This document shows positions 41,463 to 54,166 of a stretch of DNA of 64,000 bases, one piece after another. The stretch lies in assembly GCA_964016885.1 (NCBI GenBank), contig OZ024741.1, positions 266,786,001 to 266,850,000 on the forward strand, read 5' to 3'. Position numbers and translations under genes: made by a program. This stretch comes from Eledone cirrhosa (lineage: Eukaryota). The notes beneath the pieces were generated by a model, which did not search any database, was not told the DNA's origin, and saw only the letters and a list, made by a program, of their open reading frames with translations. Numbering within the stretch: position 1 is the first letter of the stretch; each line of letters begins with the position of its first letter.

Positions 41463-42347
41463 TTAGTTAAGCAAAACAAGACCACAAATTTCACAAGGAA
41501 GACATTATTAAAAGATTATCAACATATTTTAGTTTGATGTAAGGAATGTAGAGAATAATAATAATTGTTTCTACTTTAGGCACAAGGCCAGCAATATCCA
41601 GTGCATTACTGGTACTTTATTTTATCGACCCCGTAAGGATGAAAGGCAAAGTCAACCTCGGCTGGATTTGAACTCAGATCGTAAAGGGACGTAACTATGC
41701 TGGAAAGCATGGCGTCCGACCCTCTACCGATACTGCCAATCCACCACCCTTGCTATATATCATATAGTCATCTGATCCAGAAATATTATATGGAGTAGAT
41801 GGCCAGTGGATTGGCAGTATCGGTAGAGGGTCGGACGCCATGCTTTGACGCATAGAGTTACGGCCCTTGCCATTCTGAGTTCAAATCCCGCCGAGGTTAA
41901 CTTTGCCTTTCATCCTTATGGGGTCGATAAAATAAAGTACCAGTAATACACTGGGTAATTGCTGGCCTTGTGCCAAAAGTAGAAACAATTATATGGAGTA
42001 GCGAAACAATTGTAAACGGCCATTATTATTATTAATAAAGGGCGGTGGATTGGCAGTATCGGTAGAGGGTCGGACGCCATGCTTTCCAGCATAGTTACGT
42101 CCCTTTACCATCTGAGTTCAAATCCCGCCGAGGTTGACTTTGCCTTTCATCCTTACGGGGTCGATAAAATAAAGTACCAGTAATGCACTGGTAATTGCTG
42201 GCCTTGTGCCTAAAGTAGAAACAATTATTATTAATATTATTATTATTATTCTCTATATTCCTTACATCAAACTAAAATATGTTGACAATCTTTTAATAAT
42301 GTCTTCCTTGTGAAATTTGTGGTCTTGTTTTGCTTAACTAATGAATA
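41457..42347. repeat. Inverted duplication (~295-bp arms) containing three tRNA-derived SINE copies
   Basis: 41457-41752 is inverted at 42037-42347. SINEs at 41563-41750 (-), 41803-41990 (+) and 42038-42227 (+). Confidence 0.88.
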
Positions 42348-42964
42348 TTTCCAGCTCTGCGCGCCTAACTTCTGCATGAACCCAGCCACTTAGCTGCTTT
42401 CTACTGCATATTACACATTGAGCACATGCCTTTACGCTTTGGCTTCTAACTAATTCACCAATCTCTCCTCTCCTATCTACATCTCTCTCTTTAAGATTGG
42501 TTACTCTTGAACTGTATATGTATATATATATATCCATTTGACCTCACGCCCAGCTGTAGCCGGCACTACCAACGCATGAATGGGTCTACTCCACCCCCTC
42601 TCCCTTTTTCTCCTACCGGCAGGTTTAGCTACCCCTTCCCCCACCAATTTGCCATCACCGATTTACTACTAACTTGTGATGTGACCAATCCTGGTGATTG
42701 TCTCTTTGACCATATATGGAATTACCCCTTGATAAGCTCGGCTATTTAAATACCAGAATAAATTTTCATTCAGTCCAGAATTAGCCGTCGAAACGGCTTG
42801 AGCTCAGCCGTCGGGGTCTTACTTGTTCCTATATATATATATATATATATATATAATATCCATAATCTCCAGCAGACAACTGATGAAAGGGAAATTATCC
42901 CCCGTTCGTGCTTTCCTCTTGTTTATAAATATACTTTATCCAGCAACTACACAGCCTCTGTTTC

Positions 42965-43001
<37 letters not shown>

Positions 43002-43402
43002 GAATAATCGAGTATCGAAAAATCGGCGTACGAGTTCACGATAAACAAAATTCGATATGAGCGGCAGAGTGCTCACTGATTTAGATAAATCAGAGCTATA
43101 ACTATCGTTAAAATACCGCCACACACAGAACAAGTCTATAATCAACCGCACGATCGAAAATTTGCGACTACGGAAGATTCGGGACACTCAGATAAAAAAT
43201 CTCAATAATTCAATAAATGTTTGTGTCTATATTGTATCTGTATTATTTTTGACCGCCGGTCAGTCAATGGCAACATTGAGGACCGAGTAAGTTAGATCGC
43301 AGATATAATAAAAGACAGCGAGAAGCGAAAACCAACCAAACAGTGAGTGTGTTCTGTTATTAATTCTGGCAATATTACGCAAATATGACCCTCCCCAAGT
43401 AT

Positions 43403-43438
<36 letters not shown>

Positions 43439-43479
43439 ATGATATTAATAAATAGAAACTATATTTATAAAACAATATT

Positions 43480-43540
43480 TATTCTATTATATATATTTCA
43501 AGAGTACCAAAACTTTGGTACGCTCTCATCAGATAAAATA
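43480..43540 (-). ncRNA. Hammerhead ribozyme, family A variant
   Basis: TATTTTAT-CTGATGA-GAGCGTACCAAA/TTTGGTACTCTT-GAAA-TATATA-TA-ATAGAATA. Confidence 0.78.
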
Positions 43541-43571
43541 CAAAGTTTGTTTTATAAATACTGACATATCG

Positions 43572-43646
43572 AGGAATGAGGCCTTAACGGTTCAAGTTTT
43601 ACCTGGATAGTCCAGGTAAAACTTGAACCGTTAAGGCCTCATTCCT
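43572..43646. repeat. Perfect hairpin with 36-bp arms and a 3-nt loop
   Basis: AGGAATGAGG...ACCTGGA-TAG-TCCAGGT...CCTCATTCCT. Confidence 0.9.
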
Positions 43647-43660
43647 TTGCTTATATATAC

Positions 43661-43755
<95 letters not shown>

Positions 43756-43879
43756 ATACCGATGTAAATCAGGGGGCGACCACTGTTAAAAAAGTTCTCA
43801 ATATATTTACAGAGTATAAGCACATTCATTTCTAGTCTTGTAGAAGTCATTTCTTTAATAAAATGAATAAATATATTTG

Positions 43880-44495
43880 TTTTCCTCGTCTCCGTTATTA
43901 TTGACGCGCGCTTCTGAAAGAGCACAGCCACCCTTTGTCTGCTTCCACCAGGCACTGCAGTCTGCTGTCAAGTCTTACTACGTTGAAAGGTTGAAACCGA
44001 AGGGATCTAGATCCTCTTTAATGCAGTACTTCCAGCGTTTTCGTCAGCGGCCTCTGCTACTCGTGTCAATTGCTTTGGGATGCGACTATCTTCTATTCGA
44101 CGTACATGACTGAACCATCTGAGACGGTTGTTGCAGATCATTGTTTCAACTGAAGTTGTCTTTGTAAGGTATAGAACCTCTGTATTTGTACTTTTGTGCC
44201 ACCATCTTATCTTATGTATCTGGCGTTATGGCTTTGTACACTGTAAGTTAAGTTGCAACCGATAGGCCTTCGCAATTCCACACTCTGCCATTAAGAGAGA
44301 AGAAAGCAGCAGCACTATGAAATATCCTGCTCTTAATCTCGTAATCTCTGAATCTATGAATGAATCATTGGGCATATCTCCTCCAAGGCAGATGAAATTT
44401 CTAACACGTTTAGGAGTGAAATCATCAGTCTTGATTGGTTGTGGATTCACAACAGACCTCTGTTTGTTTTGGCTTCTTATGATATTGACCAATAT
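43880..44495 (-). mobile_element. Degenerate RTE-clade LINE ORF fragment (post-RT region)
   Basis: Minus strand reads RWHKSTNTEVL...SVETMICNNRLRWFSHVRRIEDSRIPKQL, and FICLG..ID.EI upstream. Confidence 0.7.
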
Positions 44496-44512
44496 GGCGG
44501 GGTGTATACCAT

Positions 44513-44556
<44 letters not shown>

Positions 44557-44561
<5 letters not shown>

Positions 44562-45135
44562 ATTGCAGCGTCTTCACAGACGATTGCCGTCTCTTATTGA
44601 TTCTTCATTGTCATCCCATCCGCTTCCATGACTTCATAGATGACTGTGTAGGCCAGCTGTAGATCTGCATGGTTTACGACACATGTGACAGAAGAGAGTT
44701 ATGCTTTCCACACACCGGTGCGGTCACTCCTGTAGGATACAATCTTTATACACCAATATGTGTTTTTTTTTTAGTCCGGAACTAGTTCTACACATTTTGT
44801 TGCATGTCACGCACGTTGTTTCGGCAGGACTTTATTGAGTGGTATTGTGGGTGGTTGGCCTTTCATGTGACTTCAGGTGATTAACATAATCAGTCTTTGA
44901 GAGGAGTACACGCTGACAGAATTTGCATGTCCAACTACCGATGACTTCATCAAGACTGTGAGCACAACTCTTCCGGAGCTGATACATAGATATATACGCA
45001 CACGCATATATGTAAATATAAACAAGTTGAACAAGTTGAAAGATCAACATTATTAAGATATGACAAGAAGATTTAAAGATGAATGTGTTTGAACAATCCA
45101 CAACTATGAAGAGCAAATTCATTCGAGGTAGCAAA
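44557..45135 (-). mobile_element. RTE-like 3' end with C2H2 zinc-finger remnants
   Basis: CKFCQRVLLSKTDYVNHLKSH and TCVTCNKMCRTSSGL; short tail into (TA)n. Confidence 0.55.
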
Positions 45136-45439
45136 GATTGTAATCAGTGAAGACGATTTATCGAAAATACAACAAGCATTGCTACATCGCTGACATGTTT
45201 TATATTTCTCTTAAGTTCTGTAAACCATTAACTCTAGACGAACCTTTCTCACCTACGACCTCTACACCATATATACACCACCATACACAACCATATATCA
45301 ATATACATCACTATATACTAAGTCTTACATTATATAAAGTTATATAACATTAAGGTTCTGTTACGGATGGTAGAAAAACGCTGGAGATAAAGCAAAGGGG
45401 TGTTGAAAACCAACCAGTGGCAAGTGATAGCTTGTTGAC

Positions 45440-45805
45440 ATGAGTGGGTTGGTGGTGGTGTGGTGATAATAGTGGTTTTGTGCTGGTGGTAGTGGTGTGC
45501 TGATGGTGGTGGTGTTGTGTTTATGTGGTGGGACTAAAGGTGATGTTGTAGTGGTGATGGTGGTGGTGGTATAGTGGTGTGGTGATGTGGTGTTGCGGTG
45601 GTGTGGTGTTGTGGTGATAGTGGTGGTGTTGTGATGATGTTATGGTGGTGGCGGTAGTGTTATAGTGATGTGATGGTGGTGGAGGTAATGTTATGGTGAT
45701 GTGATGGTGGAGGTAGTGTTATGGTGATGTGATGGTAGTGGTGGTGGTGGTGGTGGTGGTGGAGGTAGTGTTATGGTGATGTGATGCTGGTGGCGATGGT
45801 GGTGA
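45440..45805 (+). repeat. (GTG/GTGAT) low-complexity repeat
   Basis: Direct reading. Confidence 0.9.
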
Positions 45806-46104
45806 TTTTGAGTTAATCTTGATGACAAGGAGACGGCTGTTTGATGTTTATGTACACATCCGCACACACACATACATACATACACACACAAAACACACTC
45901 ATACACACACAAAACACACTCAAACAAATACACTGACTGAGAGAGAAAGAGAGAGACACACACACACACACAAAGAGAGAGATATACACGCACAAAGAGA
46001 GAAACATACACAGACAGAGAGACACACACACAAAGAGAGAGAGGGGGGTACAAACAGAGACAAACACACATACACAGACTATGCAGGACCTTTGAATTAC
46101 AGGT

Positions 46105-46272
46105 ACAGTCCATCGGACGGGCTTCCGCACAGCTTCCGTCCACCGAATTTTTCACCCACAAGGCTTAGGTCGACCCTAAGCTATGGTAAAAACACTTGAT
46201 CAAAATGTCACATGGTGGGATTGAAACCTGGACCCTCAGATTGTAAAACGAACTCTTTAACAACGCAGCCAT
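46105..46272 (-). mobile_element. tRNA-derived SINE (same family as 1-672)
   Basis: Minus strand reads TGGCTGCGTTGTTAAAG...GGTTTCAATCCC...GGAAGCCCGT. Confidence 0.7.
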
Positions 46273-46433
46273 ACTTAAGTCCATAAATATCTGATGTTTA
46301 AATAGCACCAAAGTCTGTTTATAAACACACCAGACGTGTTGAGTTCAAACAACGGAGGTGGTGTCTGAACATGTGTGTGTGTGTGTGTGTGTGTGTGAGT
46401 GTGTGTGTGTGTGTGTACACACGTTCAGACATA

Positions 46434-46471
<38 letters not shown>

Positions 46472-46696
46472 GTATATATACATATACATATTTTTATATA
46501 TATATATATGTGCGTATGTGTGTACACAAATACACAGATTCAGACACACCTCATGTATGTATGTGTGTGTGCGGGTGTGTGTTGTGTTTCTGTGGTTTTT
46601 CTATTTGTTTATACGAATGACTAACGAGCGAGGGTGTATATTTGATACATTCAGACAATACACAAAGACTGAATAGCAGCGTGTCTGTGAATAATA

Positions 46697-47509
46697 ATGG
46701 TTTCTGATTTAGGCACAAGGCCAGCAATTTTGGGAGGAGGGGGAAGTCGATTAAATCAACTCCAGTGCAGACATGTCAACTCTCCCCGTCCGACGGGGAG
46801 ATCTCAAACCCACTTTGGGGTGGGTGAGAGATGTCTTCTCTTGTGAAAATGGGTATAGCTTTTGTTACGTCCCTTTACGATCTGAGTTCAATTCCCGCCG
46901 AGGTTAACTTTGCCTTTCATCTTTACGGGGTCGATAAAATAAAGTACCAGTAATGAACTGGGATAATTGCTGGCCTTGTGCCTAAAATAGAAACAATTAT
47001 GTAAAATCTTCCCATTTTGCCTCATTTCTCCCCCTTTTGGGGCACTTCTTTTCATGGTACTCCCTGTTTGGGTTTTTAGAGGTTGGTAGGTATGCCAGTG
47101 TGTTACTGGTACTTTATATTAAGGACCCCGTAAGGACGAAAAGCAAAACTAACCTCGGCAAGATTTGAACTCAGAACGTAAAGAGCCGAAACTATATGCC
47201 ACAGAGAATATTGCTCGACGCTCTACCAATTCTGCCAATCAACCGCCCTTAGTAAAGATTCTAATTTAGGCACAAGGTCAGCAATTTTTAGGAAGCAGAA
47301 AAGTCGATTATATCAACCCCCAGTACTTAACTGGTCCTTTATTTTATCGATCCCGGAAAGATGAAAGGCAAAGTTGACCTCGGTGGGATTTGAACTCAGA
47401 GAAGATCAACAAAACATTTTGTCCTCCGACCTCCTTCACGATTCTCCCTGTGCATCGCTCTAAATAATGATGATGATGGTGATGATGATGATAGCGATGG
47501 CGATGATTG

Positions 47510-47566
<57 letters not shown>

Positions 47567-48146
47567 CGATGATGATGATGACGATGATGATAATGATGTT
47601 GATGATGACGATGGTGATGATGATGATTATGATGGTGATGATGATGATGGTGATGACAATCACTGTGATGATAACGATGCTGGTGGTGATGATGGTGGTG
47701 ATGATGATGATTGTAAGACGACGATGATTATGATGGCGTTGTTTTAACGATTTCTTTAAATTTGGTGCAAACATTGACCAAACTTGTCAATTTTATTATT
47801 ATTATTATTGGGGCCCTTGCCATTCTGAGTTCAAATCCCGCCGAGGTTGACTTTGCCTTTCATCCTTATGGGGTCGATAAAATAAAGTACCAGTAATGCA
47901 CTGGGTATTTGATGGCCTTGTGCCAAAAGTAGAAACAATTATTATTAATAAGGGCGGTGGATTGGCGGTATTGGTAGAGGGTCGGACGCCATGCTTTGAC
48001 GCATAGAGTTACGGCCCTTGCCATTCTGAGTTCAAATCCCGCCGAGGTTAACTTTGCCTTTCATGCTTACGGGATCGATAAAATAAAGTACCAGTAATGC
48101 ACTGGGTAATTGCTGGCCTTGTGCCAAAAAGTAGAAACAATTATTA
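46697..48146. mobile_element. Cluster of ~6 full or partial SINE copies in both orientations, around a (GAT)n tract (47466-47735)
   Basis: Repeated GAGTTCAAATCCCGCCGAGG / GGGGTCGATAAAATAAAGTACCAG / GGCCTTGTGCC. Confidence 0.85.
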
Positions 48147-48565
48147 TTAATATTTCTTTTTTGTCTACCAAGGACTAAATATATTATCCACTATATCTTC
48201 CTTTGTTTTAAACCGGTAGGGTTTAATTTGACGAAGTTTGGCTTCTATTTCTAGCATGCTGAATGACCACATATAGATCCACTTTCCCTTTCTGACATGT
48301 AGATGGATTCTTTATTTTCTTCTTTTAAGTGTAATGGTGAAGTATTTTCATTTCCCGTCCCTTTAAAATATTTTTACTTCTCATTTCCTTTTAAAGTAAT
48401 TTTCGGCTGTTGGAGATTGTAAATAAACCACACTAAATTTATTCCCATCTGTTCAGGTCTGTCTGTTTGTTCTTTGTTTTTGTTGTTTTATCTGTGTACT
48501 ATGTACGTTAAATTTAACCGACTTCAGCTGTTCTGAAAAGATAAGGAAGACTCATACATACATAC

Positions 48566-48654
<89 letters not shown>

Positions 48655-48692
48655 CACATACACACACATACATAAACATACATACATACAAA

Positions 48693-48734
<42 letters not shown>

Positions 48735-48893
48735 TATATATACAGACACATACATACACACATACATATAAACTCACACATGCATGCATACATACATGCA
48801 CACATACATACATACATATCTTACTCCAAACAAATTGGTCTGCTTCCCTAACAAAGTGCCCCTCTCCCGTTGCCTATAGTAGTAGTGGTATTG

Positions 48894-48927
<34 letters not shown>

Positions 48928-49015
48928 GTAGGTAGGTAGGTAGGTAGGTAGGTAGGTAGGTAAAAATATTCATGGTATAGAGCAACTCAAATCCGTAGGG
49001 AGAGTTTGAATATAA

Positions 49016-49897
49016 TTATTAAGGCCAGTTACTACAACAACGCCATACCAGGTATGTATGTTTCGCTAGCCCTGAGGACCAACTTGTTCAACCTGTGCCG
49101 ATGAAAATGAACCAGAAAATGTTTACTTAAAAAGTAGCGAAAAAGAGAACCCCCAAACCAGGGGCAGATAATCTGGATGATCTAGGGGAAATAATTTCAT
49201 CATAAAAACGCGAATACGCTAAATTAACTAATAATTATGAGGGGACTGGAAAAAATCGGTAGATTAAGAAAGATATAAATCACTATTAAGGAGGTCATTT
49301 CTTTAAAAGGTGCTTAGAGACATGAGAATATCGAGAGAAGAACTCTGTACGTGTGTTAAATGGTTTGTTATTGTTGTGGAGATTATTCAATATCCACCAT
49401 TTCTCGTCATTGCATAATCTGCAGCCTTAGCCCATTTATATATGATCGAGATTTTTCTAGTATCTTCCATTTGATGGAGAAATCTATGTTCTTGTCTTTG
49501 GGTTGCCATATTTTATTTGCCAAATTGGTGGTGGTTCTTTTATTTCGGTATCTGGAGGTTACTTTGTGATTAAGGAAGCGATTTTTAAACTGGCTCTCTG
49601 ACATACCGGCGTATTTCCAGGATTCCTTTTGGTGTTGATTCAAAGGAGAGACCTCAGCTTCGTATATTATCGCCAGTGTGTTGCATTGTTGATCCAGCGG
49701 GCATAACTCAGGTTTTTTTTTTTTACAACAACAACCATATACTTTGGGCCTCTGTTGTTTAAGCATGAGGCGTGATTTCATGTTTCTAGCACAGGAGTAT
49801 CCAATTTTTACCGTATGACGGTTAAGGATCTGGTGGTGCTTACAGCTAACGAAACGTACGGACCTGGTATAGTGCCATTGTAGTAACTGGCCTTAAT
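49016..49897 (-). mobile_element. 5'-truncated Penelope-like element with GIY-YIG remnant (~49385-49840) and short inverted terminus
   Basis: ILNRHTVKIGYSC, CPLDQQC..IIYEAEV, YAGMSESQFKNRFLNH and WKILEKS. TATTAAGGCCAGTTACTACAA is inverted at both ends. A degenerate hammerhead lies at 49051-49095 (-). Confidence 0.82.
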
Positions 49898-49920
49898 ATA
49901 TAAATGCGTGCGTACAATGC

Positions 49921-50152
49921 TTTCTAATTTTGGCACAAGGCCAGCAATTTCTGGGAAGGGGAAAGTCGATTACATCGCCTCCTTTTCCAAATACTTGACT
50001 GGTACATTTTTTATTGACCCCGATAGGATGAAAGGAAAAGTGGGCCTTTCACCCTTCCGGGGTAGGTAATATAAAATACCAGTCAAGCATTGGGCCGATA
50101 TAATCGACTTCCTCCTCCCCACAAATTGCTGGCCTTGTGCCAAAATTAGAAA
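49921..50152. mobile_element. Two inverted SINE 3' halves
   Basis: TTTCTAATTTTGGCACAAGGCCAGCAATTT and its reverse complement at the ends. Confidence 0.75.
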
Positions 50153-50216
50153 ACATCAAAAACACGCGACATAGGCAGTGGAAAAACACGAACACATGCC
50201 TTTTATTGTCAGCTGT

Positions 50217-50289
<73 letters not shown>

Positions 50290-51288
50290 TAAGGGTGGGA
50301 GATAAAGTGAACGAAGAAGAAGAAGAAGAAAAGAAGAAGAAGAATAAGAATAAGAAGAAGACACGGCAAGGGGGATGAGAGAGAGAGAGAGAGAGAGAGA
50401 GAGTAAATGATAAATGAAAGTAAATGAGTAATGGGAAGAACGGTAAAACACAGCCTGGTGTGAGGCAGGAGGGGAAGAACAAAAGATCGTTCTCCAGTTT
50501 TTAAAAACACTTTATTTTATGTTGCTTCAGTCCACTCAGCTGGCAAAAAAATGATTTGAGCCTCTAGTTTAAGAGGCCAGCCTTGTAACACAATGTCACC
50601 CTGAATTTCCATGAGAACTACGTTATGGATTCACGAGTCTGTGGAATGCTCAGCCACTTATGCGGTAATTTCACAAGCATGCAGACTCGTTGATTTGATT
50701 GGATCAACTGGAGCACTAATTGTCGGAAACGACGGAGATCCAACTAATATATGTATGCGCGCGCGCACGTGTGTGTGTATGTGTGTGTGTGTGTGAAAAT
50801 AAAGCAAAAGTCACAAATAAGTAGTTAATAAGTTCATTTTTTTACGACCGTACGATCATTTCAGAAGGTTGAGAGATCGCTACCTGTTTCTAGTGCTGAA
50901 ATCCCTGATCAATCCCACCGCCTTCCTCGGTAACATTGTTTGATCAACTAACCCTCTGAAACGATCGTAAAACAATGAATTAATTAACTACCTATCTCTA
51001 ACTTTTGTTTTATTTTCATTGTTCAATACACACACACACACACACACATTTAGATATACATACATACATATATATATATATAAGTAGAAGGGGTATTTAA
51101 TTTGTTGGAAATCCGACAAATATAAATATAAATGTTTATAACTGATTTAGAGCACTCAACAAGTTCCTGGAGTAAATATTCAATGATATTAAATAAATGG
51201 AAACTATATTTATAAAACCATCCAGAGAATATCCAACTGATAAGGTATGATTTTCCTGGCTATGTCTCTATTTATAAAACAAACTTTG

Positions 51289-51352
51289 TATTTTATCTGA
51301 AGAAAGCGTACAAATGTTGTCTTGGTACCTTTGAAATATATATAATAAAATA
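51289..51352 (+). ncRNA. Hammerhead ribozyme, family A variant, within short insert ~51082-51400
   Basis: TATTTTAT-CTGAAGA-AAGCGTAC...GTACCTTT-GAAA-TATATA-TA-ATAAAATA. Confidence 0.75.
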
Positions 51353-51628
51353 AATATGGTTTTATAAATATAGTTTCCATTTATTTTATATCATTGTATA
51401 TATATGTGTGTGTATATATATATATGTATCTTTAGGTTTGTTGGTTCACCACTAGATAGAACTGGTCATTCCGTATGGTCAATCTCGGTGTAATATTGTG
51501 AAGAGTACTCAACGCAGTGCAGTTCATCCATCTTCGTTTGTGTAGTTGGTGGTGCGAATACGGAGTTAATTATAAATAAAATAAAATAACAGGAGGCTGG
51601 ACTGGTGTAAATCCTTGAAATGTTTATT

Positions 51629-51686
51629 ATACTATGATCATTTCAATGACCGAGTTCCATATGAATCCGGTGATATCATCAGGTAT
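51629..51686 (-). ncRNA. Hammerhead motif, family C
   Basis: Mirror of 53403-53460. Confidence 0.7.
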
Positions 51687-53402
51687 TGGAATATAACAAA
51701 GGAATATGTAAAAAAACATGGGTCCGAAAAATCAGAGACAGAGACAAAGAGGACGACTGACCAACTAGCTGCCTTTATCTCGGCCAGTCGCCCTCAAAGT
51801 GGTGGTAACTGAATCTATTAATGAACATCTGGTGAGGGGGTGAAGGCTTATAATGCACTACCACCTACCCGTCAAAGAAAAAGGGGGAGCAAGAAAGGGG
51901 GAAAGAAGTCAGTGTAGGTCACACTACATTCATGCTAGAAAATGCCGCGAAAAAATGCTACTCCAAAGAATCTATAATGGGTGTCTGTATGGTCTAATGT
52001 GTGAACCGAAGATTGGAAGGTTAAACTTATGTTGCGAGTTATAGGATGAAATTAAATTAAATTAAAAATATTAAATTGCAAAATGATAAATTGAAAAATA
52101 AGTTATTAGAGAATTAAAGGTTAAGGTAGCGAGATGTATTTATTTAATGAACTTACGGAGAGAGTCTTATATGAAAAAATTTATCTCGATAAGATATTAG
52201 GATGGGATATAGAGTAAAGATTTCGATTGGGAGTCCCAGCCAGCACCCCGCCCCACCATGAGTCAGCCAGTCTTGAGTGGTATCGTCCAGCGAAAGAAAT
52301 TGAAATTAATTTTTTCGAGTACTCTACGAACGTAGCTACCTTAGGCCCCGGGAGCGCTAGCGGGAACTCCACAATTTCGACTTATAACCCGGACTAACTG
52401 AGACTTTAAAATAATTTTGGTCTATTTGCACTTTTCGACTTGTGTGGTGGCTTTTCCCGGCTGCGCGCTGGGCACTCGGAAAGTTCAGCTTTCCATGAGT
52501 GCCCGGAAAAATAAATTTCTCCTCTTTCGGTAAACGGCTTGCTTTTCCCCGGTCCCACCGCGGCCGCCTGTTTTGGCCGCCATATTATACTTATACCTAT
52601 AAACTCCAGGTTTAGGCATAACTATTAGCTGTATCATGCCTCTACTGGCACGTAAATAATCCCCTCATGTGTGATTTAATACTATTCGTTTGGTATAGAC
52701 GATGGCCTGTCGTAATTGTGGAGTTCCCGCTAGCGCTCCCGGGGCCTAAGGTAGCTACGTTCGTAGAGTACTCGGAAAAATTAATTTCAATTTCTTTCGC
52801 TGGACGATACCACTCAAGACTGGCTGACTCATGGTGGGGCGGGGTGCTGGCTGGGACTCCCAATCGAAATCTTTACTCTATATCCCATCCTAATATCTTA
52901 TCGAGATAAATTTTTTCATATAAGACTCTCACCGTAAGTTCATTAAATAAATAAATCTCGCTACCTTAATCTTTAATTCTCTAATAACATTTTTCAATTT
53001 ATCATTTTGCAATTTAATATTTTTAATTTAATTTAATTTCATCCTATAACTCGCAACATAAGTTTAACCTTCCAATCTTCGGTTCACACATTAGACCATA
53101 CAGACACCCATTATAGATTCTTTGGAGTAGCATTTTTTCGCGGCATTTTCTAGCATGAATGTAGTATGACCTACACTGACTTCTTTCCCCCTTTCTTTCT
53201 TCCCCTTTTTCTTTGATGGAGAGGTGGTAGTGCATTATAAGCCTTCACCCCCTCACCAGATGTTCATTAATAGATTCAGTTGCCACCACTTTGAGGGCGA
53301 CTGGCCGAGATAGAGGCAGCTAGTTGGTCAGTCGTCCTCTTTGTCTCTGTCTCTGATTTTTCGGACCCAAGGTTTTTTTACATATTCCTTTGTTATATTC
53401 CA

Positions 53403-53460
53403 ATACCTGATGATATCACCGGATTCATATGGAACTCGGTCATTGAAATGATCATAGTAT
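53403..53460 (+). ncRNA. Hammerhead motif, family C
   Basis: ATAC-CTGATGA-stem II-GAAA-TGATCA-TA-GTAT. Confidence 0.7.
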
Positions 53461-53510
53461 AATAAACATTTCAAGGATTTACACCAGTCCAGCCTCCTGT
53501 TATTTTATTT

Positions 53511-53560
<50 letters not shown>

Positions 53561-53561
<1 letters not shown>

Positions 53562-53742
53562 CGAAAGAAATGTGGTAAGGAACCAGGTGGACCATAACGC
53601 ACCAAAGTACTCAATATTTAGGGTAGTAGAGTGGGTAATAGGAACGAGTAGGTCCCCGACGACCGAGCTCAAGCCGTTTCGACGGCTAAGAATTAGCCGT
53701 CGAAACGGCTTGAGCTCAGCCGTCGGGGTCCTACTCGTTCCT
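53561..53742. mobile_element. Hairpin element of the 10748 family
   Basis: ATAGGAACGAGTAGG...GACGGCTAA-GAA-TTAGCCGTC...CCTACTCGTTCCTAT. Confidence 0.75.
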
Positions 53743-53812
53743 ATATATATATATAATATATATATATATTATATATAATATAAGATCAAAAGATGGTTAA
53801 AAGAGTTCCAAG

Positions 53813-53883
53813 TACTTTATTATGCGCATTTCAAAAACAAATATCATCATGGGATGATATCTGCGTTCTCATCAGATAAAATA
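53813..53883 (-). ncRNA. Hammerhead ribozyme, family B
   Basis: TATTTTAT-CTGATGA-GAACGCAGATATCATC...GATGATATTTGTTTTT-GAAA-TGCGCA-TA-ATAAAGTA. Confidence 0.8.
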
Positions 53884-53936
53884 GGGAGACATGATATGAA
53901 GCTTAAAAACACTTGTGAGCAGTGAAGTTTTAAATC

Positions 53937-54072
<136 letters not shown>

Positions 54073-54123
54073 TATATTATGAAATACTGTTAGCTTCACG
54101 CTCACAACAATTTCTATACTTTA

Positions 54124-54162
<39 letters not shown>

Positions 54163-54166
<4 letters not shown>

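Larger units (their letters stand above)
51431..53513. mobile_element. Large fold-back element (family C): ~800-bp inverted arms, ~337-bp spacer, ~145-bp tail
   Basis: 51576-52376 is inverted at 52714-53513 with few mismatches. Confidence 0.9.

Noticed and set aside
42880-42905. CTGATGA-AAGGG...CCC hammerhead-like start
   Set aside because: No downstream GAAA or stem III, so it was not counted.
51853-53235. Paired short ORFs on opposite strands
   Set aside because: Mirror products of the inverted repeat, with no domain similarity seen.
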